Assembly (NCBI GenBank): GCA_028292405.1
Contig: JAQGMJ010000049.1
Coordinates: forward strand, 8,344-72,343
Reading direction: 5' to 3'
Length of the DNA stretch: 64,000 nucleotides
Source: Betaproteobacteria bacterium
GTDB taxonomy: Bacteria; Pseudomonadota; Gammaproteobacteria; Burkholderiales; JAEUOS01
A program made the position numbers and the translations under genes. The notes beneath the pieces were generated by a model. The model did not search any database, had not been told where the DNA came from, and was given only the letters and a program-made list of their open reading frames with translations. Positions 61,507 to 64,000 of the stretch are shown piece after piece (the first letter of the stretch is position 1; each line of letters starts with the position of its first letter).

Positions 61507-63402
61507 ATGAGCACGGAACCCAAAAAAAGCCAATTCAGCCTGCTATCCGAGCGCCGCTTCGGGCCGTTTTTCTGGACCCAGTTCCTCGGCGCGGGCAACG
61601 ACAACCTGCTCAAGTTCGCCTTCACCATCCTGGTGACCTATCACGCCGCGGTCTATGGCGGTGGCGACCCGAAGACGGCGGCATTCTGGATCGGCGCGAT
61701 CTTCATCGCCCCTTACGTACTTTTTTCCGCGACCTCCGGGCAGCTTGCGGACAAGCTCGAAAAGGCGGCGCTGATCCGGCTGGTGAAAAACCTCGAGATT
61801 GTCATCATGCTGATCGCCGCCGGCGGGTTCGTGATGCACCAGGTATTGCTGCTGTACGCAGCGACCTTCCTGATGGGCCTGCACTCCACCATCTTCGGGC
61901 CGGTCAAGTATGCCTACCTGCCGCAGCATCTGCGCGAGGACGAGTTGGTTGGCGGCAACGGCCTGGTGGAAATGGGCACCTTCGTCTCGATCCTGATCGG
62001 CACCATGGTCGGCGGCGTGCTCGCCGCCGTCGAGGGCAGCGGGCCGGAGTGGGTGGCGGCATGCTGTGTCGCCGTGGCGGTGGCGGGGCGGGTGGTGGCG
62101 GGCCGCATTCCCGATTCACCCTCCAGCGATCCCGCATTGAAGGTGAACTGGAATCCGTTTTCCGAGACCTGGAACAACCTCGTGCTGGCGCGCGGCAACC
62201 GCACGGTATTCCTGTCGATGCTGGGCATCTCGTGGCTGTGGTTTTTCGGCGCGACCTTTCTTACTTCCTTTTCGCCTTTCGCCAAGGACGTGCTGGGCGG
62301 CAACGAAAACGTGGTGACGCTGCTGCTGGCGGTGTTTTCGGTCGGCATCGGCGTGGGTTCGCTGTTTTGCGAAAAACTTTCCGGCCACAAGGTGGAGATC
62401 GGCCTGGTGCCGTTCGGGTCCATCGGCATGACGGTGTTCGCGGCCGACATGTATTTCGCCACCCACGCCATGCATCCGGATGCGCTGATCGGCGTCGGCA
62501 CCTTTCTTTCGCACGGTGCCAGCTGGCGCGTGCTGGCCGACCTGTTCCTGCTGGCGATGTTCGGCGGCTTTTATTCGGTGCCGCTGTATGCCTTGATCCA
62601 GACCCGCTGCGAGCCGGCCTACCGCGCACGCATCATCGCCGCCAACAACATCCTCAACGCGTTTTTCATGATCGCCTCCAGCCTGATCGCCGGGGCGGTG
62701 CTCTCGGCCGGATTTTCGATCCCGCAATTGTTCCTGCTGACTGCGGTTCTCAATGCGGTGGTGGCGGTGTACATCTACACCCTGGTGCCGGAATTCCTGA
62801 TGCGCTTCCTGTGCTGGCTGCTGGTGCACAGCATTTATCGCCTGAACAAGGAAGGCCTGCAGAACATTCCCGCCGAGGGCCCGGCGCTGATCACCTGCAA
62901 CCACGTCAGTTTTGTCGATGCGCTGATCGTCACGGCGGGTTCGCCGCGCCCGATTCGCTTCGTGATGGACCACAATATTTTCAAGGTGCCGGTACTGTCC
63001 TTCATCTTCCGCACCAGCCGGGCGATCCCGATCGCGCCGGCGCGCGAGAACGCCGCGCTGCTGGAGAAAGCCTATGACGACATCGCGCAGGCGCTGAAGG
63101 AAGGCGACCTGGTGTGCATTTTCCCTGAAGGGCGTATCACCGATACCGGCGACATTTATCCGTTCAAGAACGGAGTCAAACGTATCCTCGACCGTACTCC
63201 GGTGCCGGTGGTGCCGATGGCGCTGCAGGGCCTGTGGGGCTCGTTTTTCAGCCGCAAGGACGGGCGCGCGATGAGCAAGCCGTTCCGCCGCGGCGTGCTG
63301 TCGCGCATCGCGCTCAGGGTCGCGCCCGAGATGGCGCCGCAGACCGTCACTCCTGAAGGTTTGCAGGCGATCATCCAGGACCTGCGCGGGGACTGGAAGT
63401 AG
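61507..63402 (+). CDS. MFS transporter (LplT-like) fused to acyltransferase domain
   Basis: FWTQFLGAGNDN, FGPVKY, ARIIAANN, NHVSFVD, IFPEG; start set at MSTEPK. Confidence 0.9.
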   Translation: MSTEPKKSQFSLLSERRFGPFFWTQFLGAGNDNLLKFAFTILVTYHAAVYGGGDPKTAAFWIGAIFIAPYVLFSATSGQLADKLEKAALIRLVKNLEIVIMLIAAGGFVMHQVLLLYAATFLMGLHSTIFGPVKYAYLPQHLREDELVGGNGLVEMGTFVSILIGTMVGGVLAAVEGSGPEWVAACCVAVAVAGRVVAGRIPDSPSSDPALKVNWNPFSETWNNLVLARGNRTVFLSMLGISWLWFFGATFLTSFSPFAKDVLGGNENVVTLLLAVFSVGIGVGSLFCEKLSGHKVEIGLVPFGSIGMTVFAADMYFATHAMHPDALIGVGTFLSHGASWRVLADLFLLAMFGGFYSVPLYALIQTRCEPAYRARIIAANNILNAFFMIASSLIAGAVLSAGFSIPQLFLLTAVLNAVVAVYIYTLVPEFLMRFLCWLLVHSIYRLNKEGLQNIPAEGPALITCNHVSFVDALIVTAGSPRPIRFVMDHNIFKVPVLSFIFRTSRAIPIAPARENAALLEKAYDDIAQALKEGDLVCIFPEGRITDTGDIYPFKNGVKRILDRTPVPVVPMALQGLWGSFFSRKDGRAMSKPFRRGVLSRIALRVAPEMAPQTVTPEGLQAIIQDLRGDWK

Positions 63403-63404
63403 GC

Positions 63405-64000
63405 ATGGCCGATCCGGCGGCGACCCAAGCCCTGCGCGACGACCTGATTCGCCACGCCGAGAACGGCACGCTATCCGCGCCGGCGCTGGCGGTGGCCCTG
63501 CGCCTGGCGGGCGTGACGCCGGACGCGGCCGACTGGCGGCGTTTTCTCGATCGCCTGCTGATCATCAGCGGCGCCATGTTGATGGGCGCCGGGGTGATCT
63601 TTTTCGTCGCCTACAACTGGCAGGCGCTGGGGCGCTATGCGCGCTTTGGCATGCTCGAGGCGCTGATCCTGCTGTCCACCCTGTTCGCGCTGACGACGGG
63701 GCTTGCTTCGTTGCGCGCGCAGGCAGCCTTGCTGTTTGCGGTGCTGGTGCAAGGCGGCTTGCTGGCTCTGGTCGGGCAAACCTACCAGACCGGCGCGGAC
63801 AACTATGAACTCTTCCTCGCCTGGGCCGTGATCTCGCTGCCCTGGGTGCTGGCGGCGCGCTGGGCCCCGCAGTGGGGCTTGTGGTGGACCTTGATCAACG
63901 TGGCGCTGGCGCTTTATCTGTTCCAGGTGCTCGACCCGCTGCGCCTGCTGTTTTTCGGACACATGCGGCCCGGTGCGCTGGTGCTGCTCAATCTTGCCGG
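63405..64000 (+). CDS. DUF2157-like membrane protein, truncated by window edge
   Basis: Manual translation: MADPAA...DWRRFLD...GAGVIFFVAYNWQ...LVGQTYQTGAD..ELF..W. Confidence 0.8.
   Translation, partial: MADPAATQALRDDLIRHAENGTLSAPALAVALRLAGVTPDAADWRRFLDRLLIISGAMLMGAGVIFFVAYNWQALGRYARFGMLEALILLSTLFALTTGLASLRAQAALLFAVLVQGGLLALVGQTYQTGADNYELFLAWAVISLPWVLAARWAPQWGLWWTLINVALALYLFQVLDPLRLLFFGHMRPGALVLLNLA

Overview
GC-rich bacterial chromosomal segment. The gene content (six orphan Bug/TctC proteins, mltD-gloB-methyltransferase-rnhA, trmJ/suhB, mutS-slyD-bcp-roxA) points to a betaproteobacterium, probably Burkholderiales-like (inference). Most of it is ordinary metabolism: sugar-acid catabolism, a fatty-acid beta-oxidation cluster, TTT solute-binding proteins, c-di-GMP proteins, DNA repair and sulfur amino-acid metabolism. 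No rRNA, tRNA, CRISPR array, IS transposase or prophage was seen. The main unexplained signals are: (1) a 500-bp unit with a DUF559/Vsr-like endonuclease gene between two 55-bp palindromic inverted repeats (20267-20766), a REPtron-like layout with a nuclease in place of a RAYT transposase; (2) a dispersed double-hairpin element with compensatory stem changes, in three copies at the stop codons of unrelated genes (about 1.9, 4.6 and 51.4 kb); (3) a 75-bp structured tandem repeat next to an AT-rich tract with an IHF site, upstream of an ArsR-SRPBCC fusion broken by an in-frame TAG; (4) several apparent pseudo-enzymes, including a Bcp peroxiredoxin with Ser in place of the peroxidatic Cys and a degenerate GGDEF that keeps its RxxD I-site. 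All calls come from reading the sequence and ORF translations; no searches were run.
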